Origin: a virus | Lineage: Duplodnaviria; Caudoviricetes | Virus record (IMG/VR): IMGVR_UViG_3300025084_000169 | Span: 1-27,413 of that record | Length of the DNA: 27,413 nucleotides | Strand: one strand, 5' to 3' | Shown: one piece after another, positions 1 through 10,356 of the stretch | Layout: each line of letters starts with the position of its first letter | Numbering within the stretch: the stretch's first letter is position 1 | The notes under the pieces: generated by a model | What the model saw: only the letters and a program-made list of their open reading frames with translations | Told to the model about the DNA's origin: nothing | The model's database searches: none | Translations under genes and position numbers: made by a program

Positions 1-3
1 TAG

Positions 4-3000
4 GCCAATACAAAAACATTTTCTAGAGAAGTTTTCTTTAATGCTCGCACCTTATCTGATGGTGGCGGACTTAGTTTTGATGATGAGACTATAACATTTC
101 TAACAAATCATAACTTTTTTAGCGGCGAAAAAGTTTTTTATGATATTAATGATATTAATAATCAAAAAATTGGTATTTCCAACTTTGGTGGATTGAATGT
201 GAGTACTGGTTATTTAACTAATAATACTCCATTTTTTGTCAAGGTAATAAATCCATCAACTGTTGAACTATATCCAACATTATCAGACTTTAGGAGTGGA
301 ATTAATACTGTAGGGTTATCGACAGAAGGCAATTCTGGTATACATAAGTTTAAAACTGAACCTAGAAATGTAATATCTTCAATAATTGTCGAAAATCCCG
401 GTGAAGGATTTACTAATAGAAAATTGACGGTAAAGCAATCAGGCATTTCAACCATCAATGATACTATAACCTTCAAAAACCACGGATTTTCTTCTGGAGA
501 ATTAGTTACGTATGATTTTGAAACAAGTTCTATATCTGGAATTTCTACAACGAATCAATACTACATTTTAAAAGTTGATGATGATTCGTTTAGAGTATGT
601 AATGCTGGTGTCGGTGGAACAGACATTTCTTTTTATTCTAGAGAAAAATACGTTTCTATAGGATCTAGTGGAAGTGGTTACCAATATTTCAATTATCCGG
701 ATATTAGTGTTCAAATTAGTTATGTTTCCGATGGGGAACAGGTTGCATCTAGTATTGTTACTACACCAGTTGTAAAAGGAGGTATTATTGATGCATACTT
801 ATATGAAGAGGGAAGTGGATATGGATCTACATTATTAAATATTGAAGAATCGCCTAATGTAATTATACAGCAAGGAAAAGAAGCATCTTTTACTCCTGTA
901 GTTACTTCTGCAGGTAAAATTGATAGGGTAATTGTAAATTATGGAGGTTATGATTATTATTCTGTCCCAGAATTGCAGGTAATCAGCAATAAAGGTATTG
1001 GAGCAATTCTTAGAGCAGAAATTTCCAATAATAGAGTATCTACTGTTCATGTCATAGAATCTGGTGCCAATTATTCTTTTGATGACATAAAAATCATTCC
1101 AGTTTTCAGTGGGAAAAATGCAATTATAAATGCAAGAGTTAGATCCTTAACTGTTGATAATTCATATAAGTATGGAATTCAATATTCGGACAGAAGAGAT
1201 CCTTCATATGAATTTTTATATAAAAACATTAATAATGAGTTGCAGTATGTTGTAAGTGGATACTCGGACTTGTTAAAAAATGAATTTAATGATAATGAAA
1301 CGAGTCACTCATCAATTATTGGTTGGGCTTATGACGGAAATCCAATTTATGGACCTCTTGGATATAAAGATCCAGAAAATCCAACAATAATTAAAAGATT
1401 AGTTTCTGGATATAATAAGAGTCTCAGCAATATTACAAATAGACCAACAAATTCAGAATTTCCAGAAGGTTATTTTATAGATGACTATAAATTTAATAAT
1501 AGTGGCGATTTAGATATTCATAACGGTAGATGGTGCAAAACACCAGAATTTCCAAATGGCGTTTATGCATATTTTGCAACTGCCATATTGAATCCAAACA
1601 ATGAAAATGTAGGATCTTTTCCATATTTTATTGGTATTAATTACAGAAGTAAGTTGGTAGATGATAATAATAATAATATACTAAACCAATCGTTTGACTT
1701 TGAAAATAGTTCACTATTCAGAAATACATTTCCATATAAAGTGCAAGATGCATATGCAGGATATGATTTCTTCCCCTCCAATAGTTCATCTAATAGTCAT
1801 ACTGTAGAGATAAATTCTGTCACTAAAGGATCTATAGATTCATACGAAATAATTAAAGCTGGATCTAATTTTAAGGTTGGTGACACATTAAACTTTGAAA
1901 ATTCTCCATCTTCATCTGGATATGGATTTGTATCTGAAGTTGGGTCAATTTATGGAAAACAAATTGATAATATAGAAAATAATTATATAAAGTATACTAA
2001 TGCAAAAGTATATCCTTATAATGCTTCTAGCAGTTTTATACGAATATTACCATCCCATGATATAGTAAATAATACTGTAATTAGTATTACTGGATTAACA
2101 ACAAATTTTGAACCTCTAAATGGAGATTACGTTGCAGAAGTTGATACCTTTTCTACTAAACTTGATGAAGAAATTCCATCCTATGATCCAAATGCAACTT
2201 CAGGAACTCATCATCCAAATGTAACTGGAATTGTTACTGATATTAAACTACAAAACTTCCCCAAAATGGTATCTATTGGAAGTTCTATTGAAATTAAGGG
2301 AGAATCAAATGATCAGTATTTTACTATTTTCAATTATTTTCCAGATAAAAAGATAGTACGATGTAGGAAAACTGGAGTTAGTGGAGCAAGTACATCATTA
2401 TCCACTGTCAATTTTTTACCAAACATTATAAGAATAAATTCTAATATTGAATCAAATAATAATATTGAAAATTATAAAAGATATTTTAATCCTGCCCAAT
2501 CCATTGGTGTTGGAACAATCTCTGGAATCACCACTTCACGATCATTTTATCTTGGTGGCGAGTTAATAACTAAAAATATACAAACTCAAAGCATTTATTT
2601 ACCAAATCACGGTTTTCATACTGGACAAGAGGTTCTTTTATATAAAGGTTCTACTAATTCAGCATCAATTACAGTACAAGATGATCCAAATTCCAATACA
2701 TCAATTTTATTAAATACAGTACTTCCAGAAAAACTTTATATAATCAATAAGTCAAAAGATTATATTGGCATAGTAACTTCTTCTAATTTGACAATTACTA
2801 CGAATGGACTTTATTTTCCATCTAATTCTAATGTTGGATCAAATAATTATGATTATAATTTTGAATCTGCATATAACGAAGAAATTTCTACTGTATATCA
2901 AAATCTAACTACAGTTTCAATATCAACTTTCCACAATCTAACATCTGGCGATTTAATTGATTTAAAAGTTTCTCCAAAGCTAAATGTGGGTGTTGGAAAT

Positions 3001-6000
3001 ACCACATTTGTGGATGTAAAGTACATACCAGAAATAAATTCATTGTCTTTAAAAACTATAGGATTTAGTACACTTACAGATATAGACATAAACACAAATT
3101 CTATAAGTATAGAAAATCATCTGCTTTCTAGTGGTGATGAGGTCTATTATATTTCAACTTCAACTCCATCTGGATTAAATGAAGGAGTATATTATGTCAA
3201 TAAAGTTGATATCGATACTATAAGATTATCCGAAACTTATAAAGATTCTATATCAGAATTGCCAAGATTAGTTTCTATTAATAGCGTTGGTATAGGAACT
3301 CAAGAAATTTCATTAATTCAACCAAATATAAACTTGGTTAGGAACAATAATTTAGTCTTTGACTTATCTGATAGTTCTTTAGAAAACTATAAACTAAATC
3401 TTTTTTATGATGAAGACTTAAATGATGAATTTATTTCAACATCAAATACATTAGAATTTTCCACATCTGGTGTTGGTATTGTAGGAGTATCTTCAGAAGC
3501 ATCCCTAACTTTAAGATATAATGATAATTTACCCGATGTATTATACTATTCATTGGTGAATGCAGAGTCGAAAGTTATAAATACGTCACATAAATCGAAA
3601 ATTTTATTTAAAAATAGTGCATATAGTGGAAAATATTTAATATCTAACGTCCAAGATACTAAATTTGATATTTTTCTAGATAATGTTCCAGAAAGACTAT
3701 CGTATAGTAGTGCAGATTGCTCAACATTAGAATATACTACCAATTCATTGACAGGAATTGGATCTGTATATGATTTAAAAATTATTAGCGAAGGAAATTT
3801 ATATAATAATGTTCCATATTATGCGGGATCAAATTCTGCAAATGGAACTGGTCTATTAGTAGCACTAAGATCGAAAAGTGTAGGAAAACTTATCGATTAT
3901 AGTGAATTGAATTATGGTTATGAATATAGTATTGACAATACCATATCACCAGCTTTAAAGACATCGCAGAATGTAAGTTTGGTTAATTCGCAGTTTTTAA
4001 AATCTGTAGAAGTTGTTGATGGAGGAAGTGGATACCCAAATGCCCCATCTTTAGTAATTGTTGATTCTGATACTGGCAAAAAAATTGATCGGGGACTTCT
4101 AACTGCAGAAATATCAGGATCTGGTATTGGTAATGCAAATATAACGGCAGTTGAAATATCAGCACCAGTTACTGGATTACCTGAAAGACAAGTATCAATT
4201 AAGTCTGTTAACAATGCAAATGGAATAAGAATTATTGAAGTTGATAGCAGTAACACTGGCATAATAACATGCTTATTAAAAACTCCCATTTTGGGATATG
4301 TGGAAGATCCTTTTGAAGTAGGAGACAAAGTTTTTGTAGAGGATATACAAATTTTAGAAGATACTGGGATTGGATACAATTCCGAATATCATGGATTTGA
4401 ATTTTTTGATGTAATTGACTACACCTCAAATTCTAATCCAGGAGAAGTTACTATCCAAATACCTAAATTATTTGGAGATCCGGGTATTGCAGTCACATTT
4501 CAAATAGACAGCTTTGCTACAATGATTAAATCTACCGATTATCCTTCATTTGTAGCAAACCAAGATTATTCGGCATTCTTCATTAAAGAAGAAATTTTTA
4601 TACTTGATCAATCTGGATTGATGATTGAAACTGGATTAACAGTAGGGGAGGTAAATAAAGATTATTTGAAGTTGAATGGAAATTATAAGTTAGACACTGG
4701 AGTCACTATAATTGGAAAGAGTTCTGGATTTAGAGCAGATATTTTTGATGTATCTTTAATTAATGGATACTATCTCATCTCTGGATCTTCTACTAAAGAT
4801 TATGGATGGGATAGTGATTCTGGAAAAACTAATACAGATACACAAGTTATTTCTGATAATGATTATTATCAGAATTTATCATATACTCTTAAAAGTGAAA
4901 AAACTTGGGATGAAATAAAAACTCCAATTAATACTATCGTTCATCCAATAGGAACCAAAAACTTTGCAGATACCCAAATTCAACAGAATGTTTCTGGTAT
5001 ATTAACAACTGGTCTAACTAACAGTAGCGTTGTTGAAAGTCTCCAATCATTTATTTCTCAAACTAGAGTAGATACAATTAAGAACTTTGATGTTGTCACT
5101 GATTTTAGTCCTTTAAACGATAGAAGTAAATTTATTCAATTTAAAAATATAAAGTTATCAGACTATTTCCTCTCACAGTCAAATAGAGTTCTTCAAATTG
5201 ATGACATAAGTCCACTTTTTAGTAGTGAAGATGATGAAGAGTATGATACAAATTTAATTATAAAAAGTTTATCGGATAGAAGATCTTTCTATAAGACTTT
5301 AGTCCAAGTAAAAACTACAAATAATAGTATTAGTAAAGGATATAATCAGTTAGCATATTTTGAAATTGTATCATTATATGATGGAGTAGAAAATGTTTAT
5401 AGTTTAGATAAACTATCTCATAATAATAATTCAAATTCTGAAACTTATATGACAATATCACCAGTTGCAACTGATACTGGTGATTTGGATTTATATTTTT
5501 ATCCAAATAATCCTTATGATATTGATTATGAAATAAAGGTTTTTAATGAAAAATATACTAATTTTAATGATAATGAAAATTTATTATCATTCGATGCTGC
5601 AGATATTTTTACAAATCAAAAAAATGTTGGAAGTAAAATTACCGAAGATGTAATTACTTCCTATGATTTAACTACATATGATTCTATAATGGTAGAAGCG
5701 CACGTAGTAGATTTAGATTCTAATCAATCAAAATATTATGAAATTGTGTCATTATATGATGGTACAGAGTTTATATTTTCAGAATCAAATTTTGAATCAT
5801 CAGATAATGATATATCATCTATCGGATTGGGAACATTCGGAATTAAAAAAAGTTCAAATAATTTAAACTTGAGTTTTTATTGTGATGAGATATCTAACAC
5901 ACTAGTAAGAACAAAATCGTATCAATTTAAGAGTAGTCCAGTTGGTGTAGGAACCTATAGATTTAAATCTCAAAGGCAGGATGATAATTCTGAAAGAACT

Positions 6001-9000
6001 GTAGTTTTAGATACTTCTGTTTATGAAACTGGAACCAGTGTGGGAATTGTCACAACCAGGTATTATGATCGAGAATTATTTTCTACAATAAAGACATTAG
6101 CTAGAGTGAGTATTGGGAATACTGTTTCTTTGCATCAAATTGTAAACATACATGATAGTGAAAACTCGTATATAGTTGAAGGACCTATTACTTCTATTGG
6201 TAATACAATGGGTGTATTTAAAACTAGTCTTAATCAAAATAATCTGAAATTAGAATTTGAAAGAAATGATGAATATTCCAATTCAAATTTAACTATTACA
6301 CAACTGGATTACTCATTCTATACATTTTTAGATGAAATAAACATTCCATTAGATTTGGATATTGGATCATTAAATAAATCTTTTAGTGTTGCAAAATATT
6401 TTGGCGTTAATTCCACTCAAAGAAATAGACTTGATTTTCCTTTAAAGTATGATAATGTTCCAATTTTCAATAAGTCTTTTGATCCTTTTGACCAAACTAA
6501 ATTCGACCCTACTACAGGGCAGTTTACTTTAAATAATCATTTCTTTAGTACTGGCGAAAGATTAATTTACACACCAAAGTCAACATTTATTGGATTAGGA
6601 AATAGTGCAATTCATACTAGTAGTAATGTTGGATTGTCTACTGAAGTTTATGCAATAAAAATTGATAATGACAATTTCAAAGTTGCTTTAAGTGAATATG
6701 ATGCAAATAATGATATTGCAATACAGTTTTCATCTTATTTGGGTGAAGGTAATGCACATGAATTTGAAATGTATAAGAAAAATGAAAAGGTTTTAATAAC
6801 CATTAATGATTTGGCACAATATCCTTTATTATATACAGACATTAGTCATTCAATCTCTGATAAAAATGTAGGAATTGCAGATACTTTTGTAACTTTATCG
6901 GGTATAAGTTCAATAAATCCAAATGATATCATAAAAGTTGATGATGAATATATGCAAGTATTGAATGTTGGTATAGGAACATCAACTTCCGGACCTATCT
7001 TGTATTTTACTGGAGATTTAAATGTTGTAGAGGTAAAACGTGGTAGTGTTGGCAGTGCTGCAACATCTCATGATATTGGAGATAGTGTCTCACTTTACAA
7101 GGGATCATATAACATTGTTGGCGATTCTATACACTTTACTAATCCTCCAAGAGGAAATGTTGGAGATTTGTCAACAAAAGATGAATCAAATTTATTCAGA
7201 GCAAGAGCAACTTTTAATGGTAGAACTTTTCTGAGGAAAAATTATACTACAAATGAAATTTTTGATGATTTTTCAAATGAATTTGACGGAAAAACAACTA
7301 CTTTTGAATTAAAATCTCAAGGAATAAGTACAGTTGGTTTAGGAACAACTTCTGGAAATGGTATATTGTTTATTAATGGAATATTCCAAACTCCTCTTAC
7401 TGAAAATATTACAAATCACAATTTTAAAATAGTTAGCGATATTCCTGCAGGCATTTCAAGTGTAGTATTTTCTGGACTCAGAGATGATTTAGATGTATTG
7501 ACAATTTCCGATTCGGATATAAACCAAAATCAATTGCCTAGAGGTGGTATTATTGTTTCTCTTGGATCTACTGCAGGTCTTGGATATGCTCCTCTTGTTG
7601 GTGCTAAGGTAAAATTAAATATTGATGACAATGGAACTATTTTAAATCCAGTTATTAGTGTGGCATCTACAGGAAAGACTGTTGCTATAACTACAGCAAC
7701 CTATGATAATAATCTGGGACATTTGACAATAACTTCTCCACAAGAAGAGATTTATAAGTTAGTAGAATCTAAGGCAAATCAAGTGAAATTGGTTGGACTT
7801 GCATTCACATGTAATTCTAATACAGGAATTACATCAGAGTTTCCATTGCATGATGATGTTACTGATATTATTGGAATTGGAACAGAATCATTTAGTTTAA
7901 ATGTAGGCATTTCAACATTGGAACATTATTATGTTGGATATGGAACAGTATTTGTATGGAATAGTCGGTTGACGAATGGATCTGGATATAGACAAGATAC
8001 AGCCTCAGTTTCTGTAAAAGACGCTGCAGAAGATTATATTCATAAATTTGTAGAAAGCGATGAAAATTCTGTTCAAAGTGGTGGAAATAATTTCACTCCA
8101 ACATTTGCAACTTATAACCCTGTAACTGGAAATATGGTTCTCGTCATTGAAAATCATGGATTGGATACTGGTGATGATATTACTGTAACAACAGGATCAT
8201 TAAAGTTTACTTGCTCCTCTGATGGTCATAAATTTGTTATTGGTTATCCAAGAGCAACAGATCCTTTAGCAGGTATTGCAACCGATATTACTGCATACAC
8301 AGACGATACTATAACGATAGATGCAGGATCTATGGTCGGTTCTGGCGGTGTTGTTGATGTCACTGTTGGTTTAGGGGGAACATTATCATTTAATGTTTCT
8401 AATGGAGGTACAAATTATACATATCCTATATTAAATATTTCAAACCCATCATATGATAATCTCGAAGTTGTTGGAGTTTCTAGATTGGGAGTGGGTGCTA
8501 CCACAGAAGTTGGAATTAATATGCTTATGAATGTTGAAGTTGGACCTTCTCCAGGTATTGATGAGTCAGGTTCTGTTGGTATTGGATCAACATTATTCGA
8601 AGTGTCTTCATTTAGTGTTGCAAGAGCAGGATATGCTTTTGAGACTGGCGATGTATTAACCGTATCTGGAATAGTCACAGATAGACATCTTTCCGAACCA
8701 ATAGAAAAATTCCAATTATATGTTTTGAATACTTATAATGATAGTGTTGCTGCATGGCAATTTGGAGAGATGAATTTGATTGATAGTATCAAACCTTATC
8801 AGAATGGATCAAGATTAGTTTATCCATTATATTACGAAACTGAGTTATTATCTTTCTCTAAAGATCCTAATGATTTAACTTCTTCTGCAATCGACTTTGA
8901 TTCATTATTAGTAATTTTTATTAATGGTATATTGCAAGAACCTGGAATTGCATATCAATTTGTTGGGGGATCAGCATTTAGATTCCTAACTGCACCAAAA

Positions 9001-10326
9001 GTTGAAGATGATGTTAAAATCTATTTTTATGTTGGAACTAGGGGAGAAGATTCTTCACGAGTTGATGTAAATGAAATAATACAAATCGGTGATACACTAC
9101 AAATACAAAGTAATAATTCATATTTGGATATTACTAAGCAGCAAGATAAGAGACTTATTTACGATATTGTTAATGCAGATATACTTGAGACAAATCTATA
9201 TTATGGAGATGGCATAGATGAAATTAATTTAAAACCTATCGATTGGATTAGGCAAAAAGAAGATATTGTAATAAATCAACAAACTTACTACAAGTCTAGA
9301 GATTCTTTGGCAACTCAAGTATATCCGACAGCAAAGGTTATAACAGACTTTAATACTACAGATACTGTATTATACTTAGATAATTCTGAATTTTTTGATT
9401 ATGAAGATGCTGTAAATTTAAAGAAAATTGATGTTTTGGTTGTCCCAAATCAAGATAATAATAAAGTTGGAATTATTACAGCAATCGTTTCTGCTACAGG
9501 GACAATATCATCATTTGATATTGTTGATGCTGGTATTGGATATACTAACGCACCATCTGTTAATGTTTCAAATCCCATAATTGGTATTGGAAGTGATAGG
9601 AAATGGTATAATGTTGGTATAGGAACATCAGGAGACGTTGGTATTGGAACCACGGCAACAGCTTCTGTAACTGTGTCAAATGGCAATATAGATTCTGTCA
9701 CTGTAATTAATCCTGGATCTGGATATACAAGTACAAATCCACCACAAGTTATATTAGATTTTCCAACTTTTGAAAGTGAATTATTAACTAATGCAAATGT
9801 TGTTCAAGGTCTGAGTGGGTCTATTGTAGGAATTGCTACAACAACAGGAACTAATGGAGCACCATTAGCACTAGAATTCACACTAAAAGCTCTTAATGAT
9901 AATTATACATCTATAACAGAAGGAATTCCTATTCATATATTTGACACTAGAATTGGTAATGGTATAACATCAATTAATGATAATAATGATACTGAAGTAA
10001 TTGGGATTAGTACTCAATTCCTCAATAACATTTATAAGGTTCATGGTATTGATACTATTACAGGAATAATTACTTGTAATGTTAAGAGTGATACTAATAT
10101 TAGTGGTGAGGTTGGTATTGGAACTACTGGAACATTATTAAATCCTGTTGGAAAATTCTCTTGGGGAAAAATATCTGGATTTACTAGATCTAATAATCCA
10201 GTTTCTATAGCAATCACTTCTTATACTACATCTGGATTAGGAACATATCCTACAGTTCAAAGAAGAGGTGCTGGTGCTGGATTGCGAGATACTGGTTCAC
10301 TAAAGAAAAGAACAACTTCAACCTAA
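4..10326 (+). CDS. gp7: Baseplate wedge initiator gp7-like giant structural protein (cyanomyovirus type), 5'-truncated
   Basis: Frame 1 is open from nt 4 to TAA at 10324-10326 (3440 codons). The ORF-track TTG start at 193 is unlikely to be real, because nt 4-192 already encode a typical module (REVFFNARTLSDGGG...TITFLTNHNFFSGEKVFY). The ORF lies directly upstream of gp8. It contains a YHYH-like block, repeated HxFxxG[DE] modules, GxGYxxxP repeats, a DNDYYQNLSYTLKS...VHPIGTKNFAD segment typical of cyanophage gp7, and a C-terminal GKFSWG...YPTVQRRG...GLRDTG. Confidence 0.82.
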   Translation, partial: ANTKTFSREVFFNARTLSDGGGLSFDDETITFLTNHNFFSGEKVFYDINDINNQKIGISNFGGLNVSTGYLTNNTPFFVKVINPSTVELYPTLSDFRSGINTVGLSTEGNSGIHKFKTEPRNVISSIIVENPGEGFTNRKLTVKQSGISTINDTITFKNHGFSSGELVTYDFETSSISGISTTNQYYILKVDDDSFRVCNAGVGGTDISFYSREKYVSIGSSGSGYQYFNYPDISVQISYVSDGEQVASSIVTTPVVKGGIIDAYLYEEGSGYGSTLLNIEESPNVIIQQGKEASFTPVVTSAGKIDRVIVNYGGYDYYSVPELQVISNKGIGAILRAEISNNRVSTVHVIESGANYSFDDIKIIPVFSGKNAIINARVRSLTVDNSYKYGIQYSDRRDPSYEFLYKNINNELQYVVSGYSDLLKNEFNDNETSHSSIIGWAYDGNPIYGPLGYKDPENPTIIKRLVSGYNKSLSNITNRPTNSEFPEGYFIDDYKFNNSGDLDIHNGRWCKTPEFPNGVYAYFATAILNPNNENVGSFPYFIGINYRSKLVDDNNNNILNQSFDFENSSLFRNTFPYKVQDAYAGYDFFPSNSSSNSHTVEINSVTKGSIDSYEIIKAGSNFKVGDTLNFENSPSSSGYGFVSEVGSIYGKQIDNIENNYIKYTNAKVYPYNASSSFIRILPSHDIVNNTVISITGLTTNFEPLNGDYVAEVDTFSTKLDEEIPSYDPNATSGTHHPNVTGIVTDIKLQNFPKMVSIGSSIEIKGESNDQYFTIFNYFPDKKIVRCRKTGVSGASTSLSTVNFLPNIIRINSNIESNNNIENYKRYFNPAQSIGVGTISGITTSRSFYLGGELITKNIQTQSIYLPNHGFHTGQEVLLYKGSTNSASITVQDDPNSNTSILLNTVLPEKLYIINKSKDYIGIVTSSNLTITTNGLYFPSNSNVGSNNYDYNFESAYNEEISTVYQNLTTVSISTFHNLTSGDLIDLKVSPKLNVGVGNTTFVDVKYIPEINSLSLKTIGFSTLTDIDINTNSISIENHLLSSGDEVYYISTSTPSGLNEGVYYVNKVDIDTIRLSETYKDSISELPRLVSINSVGIGTQEISLIQPNINLVRNNNLVFDLSDSSLENYKLNLFYDEDLNDEFISTSNTLEFSTSGVGIVGVSSEASLTLRYNDNLPDVLYYSLVNAESKVINTSHKSKILFKNSAYSGKYLISNVQDTKFDIFLDNVPERLSYSSADCSTLEYTTNSLTGIGSVYDLKIISEGNLYNNVPYYAGSNSANGTGLLVALRSKSVGKLIDYSELNYGYEYSIDNTISPALKTSQNVSLVNSQFLKSVEVVDGGSGYPNAPSLVIVDSDTGKKIDRGLLTAEISGSGIGNANITAVEISAPVTGLPERQVSIKSVNNANGIRIIEVDSSNTGIITCLLKTPILGYVEDPFEVGDKVFVEDIQILEDTGIGYNSEYHGFEFFDVIDYTSNSNPGEVTIQIPKLFGDPGIAVTFQIDSFATMIKSTDYPSFVANQDYSAFFIKEEIFILDQSGLMIETGLTVGEVNKDYLKLNGNYKLDTGVTIIGKSSGFRADIFDVSLINGYYLISGSSTKDYGWDSDSGKTNTDTQVISDNDYYQNLSYTLKSEKTWDEIKTPINTIVHPIGTKNFADTQIQQNVSGILTTGLTNSSVVESLQSFISQTRVDTIKNFDVVTDFSPLNDRSKFIQFKNIKLSDYFLSQSNRVLQIDDISPLFSSEDDEEYDTNLIIKSLSDRRSFYKTLVQVKTTNNSISKGYNQLAYFEIVSLYDGVENVYSLDKLSHNNNSNSETYMTISPVATDTGDLDLYFYPNNPYDIDYEIKVFNEKYTNFNDNENLLSFDAADIFTNQKNVGSKITEDVITSYDLTTYDSIMVEAHVVDLDSNQSKYYEIVSLYDGTEFIFSESNFESSDNDISSIGLGTFGIKKSSNNLNLSFYCDEISNTLVRTKSYQFKSSPVGVGTYRFKSQRQDDNSERTVVLDTSVYETGTSVGIVTTRYYDRELFSTIKTLARVSIGNTVSLHQIVNIHDSENSYIVEGPITSIGNTMGVFKTSLNQNNLKLEFERNDEYSNSNLTITQLDYSFYTFLDEINIPLDLDIGSLNKSFSVAKYFGVNSTQRNRLDFPLKYDNVPIFNKSFDPFDQTKFDPTTGQFTLNNHFFSTGERLIYTPKSTFIGLGNSAIHTSSNVGLSTEVYAIKIDNDNFKVALSEYDANNDIAIQFSSYLGEGNAHEFEMYKKNEKVLITINDLAQYPLLYTDISHSISDKNVGIADTFVTLSGISSINPNDIIKVDDEYMQVLNVGIGTSTSGPILYFTGDLNVVEVKRGSVGSAATSHDIGDSVSLYKGSYNIVGDSIHFTNPPRGNVGDLSTKDESNLFRARATFNGRTFLRKNYTTNEIFDDFSNEFDGKTTTFELKSQGISTVGLGTTSGNGILFINGIFQTPLTENITNHNFKIVSDIPAGISSVVFSGLRDDLDVLTISDSDINQNQLPRGGIIVSLGSTAGLGYAPLVGAKVKLNIDDNGTILNPVISVASTGKTVAITTATYDNNLGHLTITSPQEEIYKLVESKANQVKLVGLAFTCNSNTGITSEFPLHDDVTDIIGIGTESFSLNVGISTLEHYYVGYGTVFVWNSRLTNGSGYRQDTASVSVKDAAEDYIHKFVESDENSVQSGGNNFTPTFATYNPVTGNMVLVIENHGLDTGDDITVTTGSLKFTCSSDGHKFVIGYPRATDPLAGIATDITAYTDDTITIDAGSMVGSGGVVDVTVGLGGTLSFNVSNGGTNYTYPILNISNPSYDNLEVVGVSRLGVGATTEVGINMLMNVEVGPSPGIDESGSVGIGSTLFEVSSFSVARAGYAFETGDVLTVSGIVTDRHLSEPIEKFQLYVLNTYNDSVAAWQFGEMNLIDSIKPYQNGSRLVYPLYYETELLSFSKDPNDLTSSAIDFDSLLVIFINGILQEPGIAYQFVGGSAFRFLTAPKVEDDVKIYFYVGTRGEDSSRVDVNEIIQIGDTLQIQSNNSYLDITKQQDKRLIYDIVNADILETNLYYGDGIDEINLKPIDWIRQKEDIVINQQTYYKSRDSLATQVYPTAKVITDFNTTDTVLYLDNSEFFDYEDAVNLKKIDVLVVPNQDNNKVGIITAIVSATGTISSFDIVDAGIGYTNAPSVNVSNPIIGIGSDRKWYNVGIGTSGDVGIGTTATASVTVSNGNIDSVTVINPGSGYTSTNPPQVILDFPTFESELLTNANVVQGLSGSIVGIATTTGTNGAPLALEFTLKALNDNYTSITEGIPIHIFDTRIGNGITSINDNNDTEVIGISTQFLNNIYKVHGIDTITGIITCNVKSDTNISGEVGIGTTGTLLNPVGKFSWGKISGFTRSNNPVSIAITSYTTSGLGTYPTVQRRGAGAGLRDTGSLKKRTTST
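103..8190 (+). repeat. Dispersed protein-level repeat H-x-[FL]-x-[ST]-G-[DEQ]-x-[VIL] (small beta domains) in gp7
   Basis: Copies read directly: TNHNFFSGEKVFY (~103), KNHGFSSGELVTY (~475), PNHGFHTGQEVLLY (~2602), TFHNLTSGDLIDL (~2926), ENHLLSSGDEVYY (~3112), NNHFFSTGERLIY (~6532), ENHGLDTGDDITV (~8149). Confidence 0.7.
1306..1638 (+). other. YHYH-family-like domain inside gp7
   Basis: HSSIIGWAYDGNPIYGPLGY ... GYFIDDY ... GDLDIHNGRWCKTPEFPNGVYAYFAT ... FPYFIG matches the C-terminal half of YHYH-domain proteins. The namesake YHY is replaced by YAY. Confidence 0.7.
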
Positions 10327-10330
10327 CACT

Positions 10331-10338
10331 TATAAATA
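10331..10338 (+). promoter_or_regulatory. T4-type late promoter (gp55 sigma) TATAAATA upstream of gp8
   Basis: Exact T4 late consensus TATAAATA in the 30-nt gp7-gp8 intergenic space, 18 nt before the ATG at 10357. Confidence 0.85.
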
Positions 10339-10356
10339 ATAAAAAAATGGTTTAAA

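Noticed and set aside
1-3. Amber (TAG) recoding or readthrough as the explanation for the in-frame TAG at the start of gp7
   Set aside because: No other in-frame TAG interrupts the several thousand codons of long ORFs in this window. A one-base indel in the A run explains it more simply.
193-195. TTG start for gp7 as given in the ORF track
   Set aside because: It falls in the middle of a repeat module, and coding-like sequence continues upstream to the window edge.
10347-10355. Mini-ORF ATG GTT TAA just before the gp8 start
   Set aside because: Two codons, no SD; readily arises by chance in an AT-rich leader.
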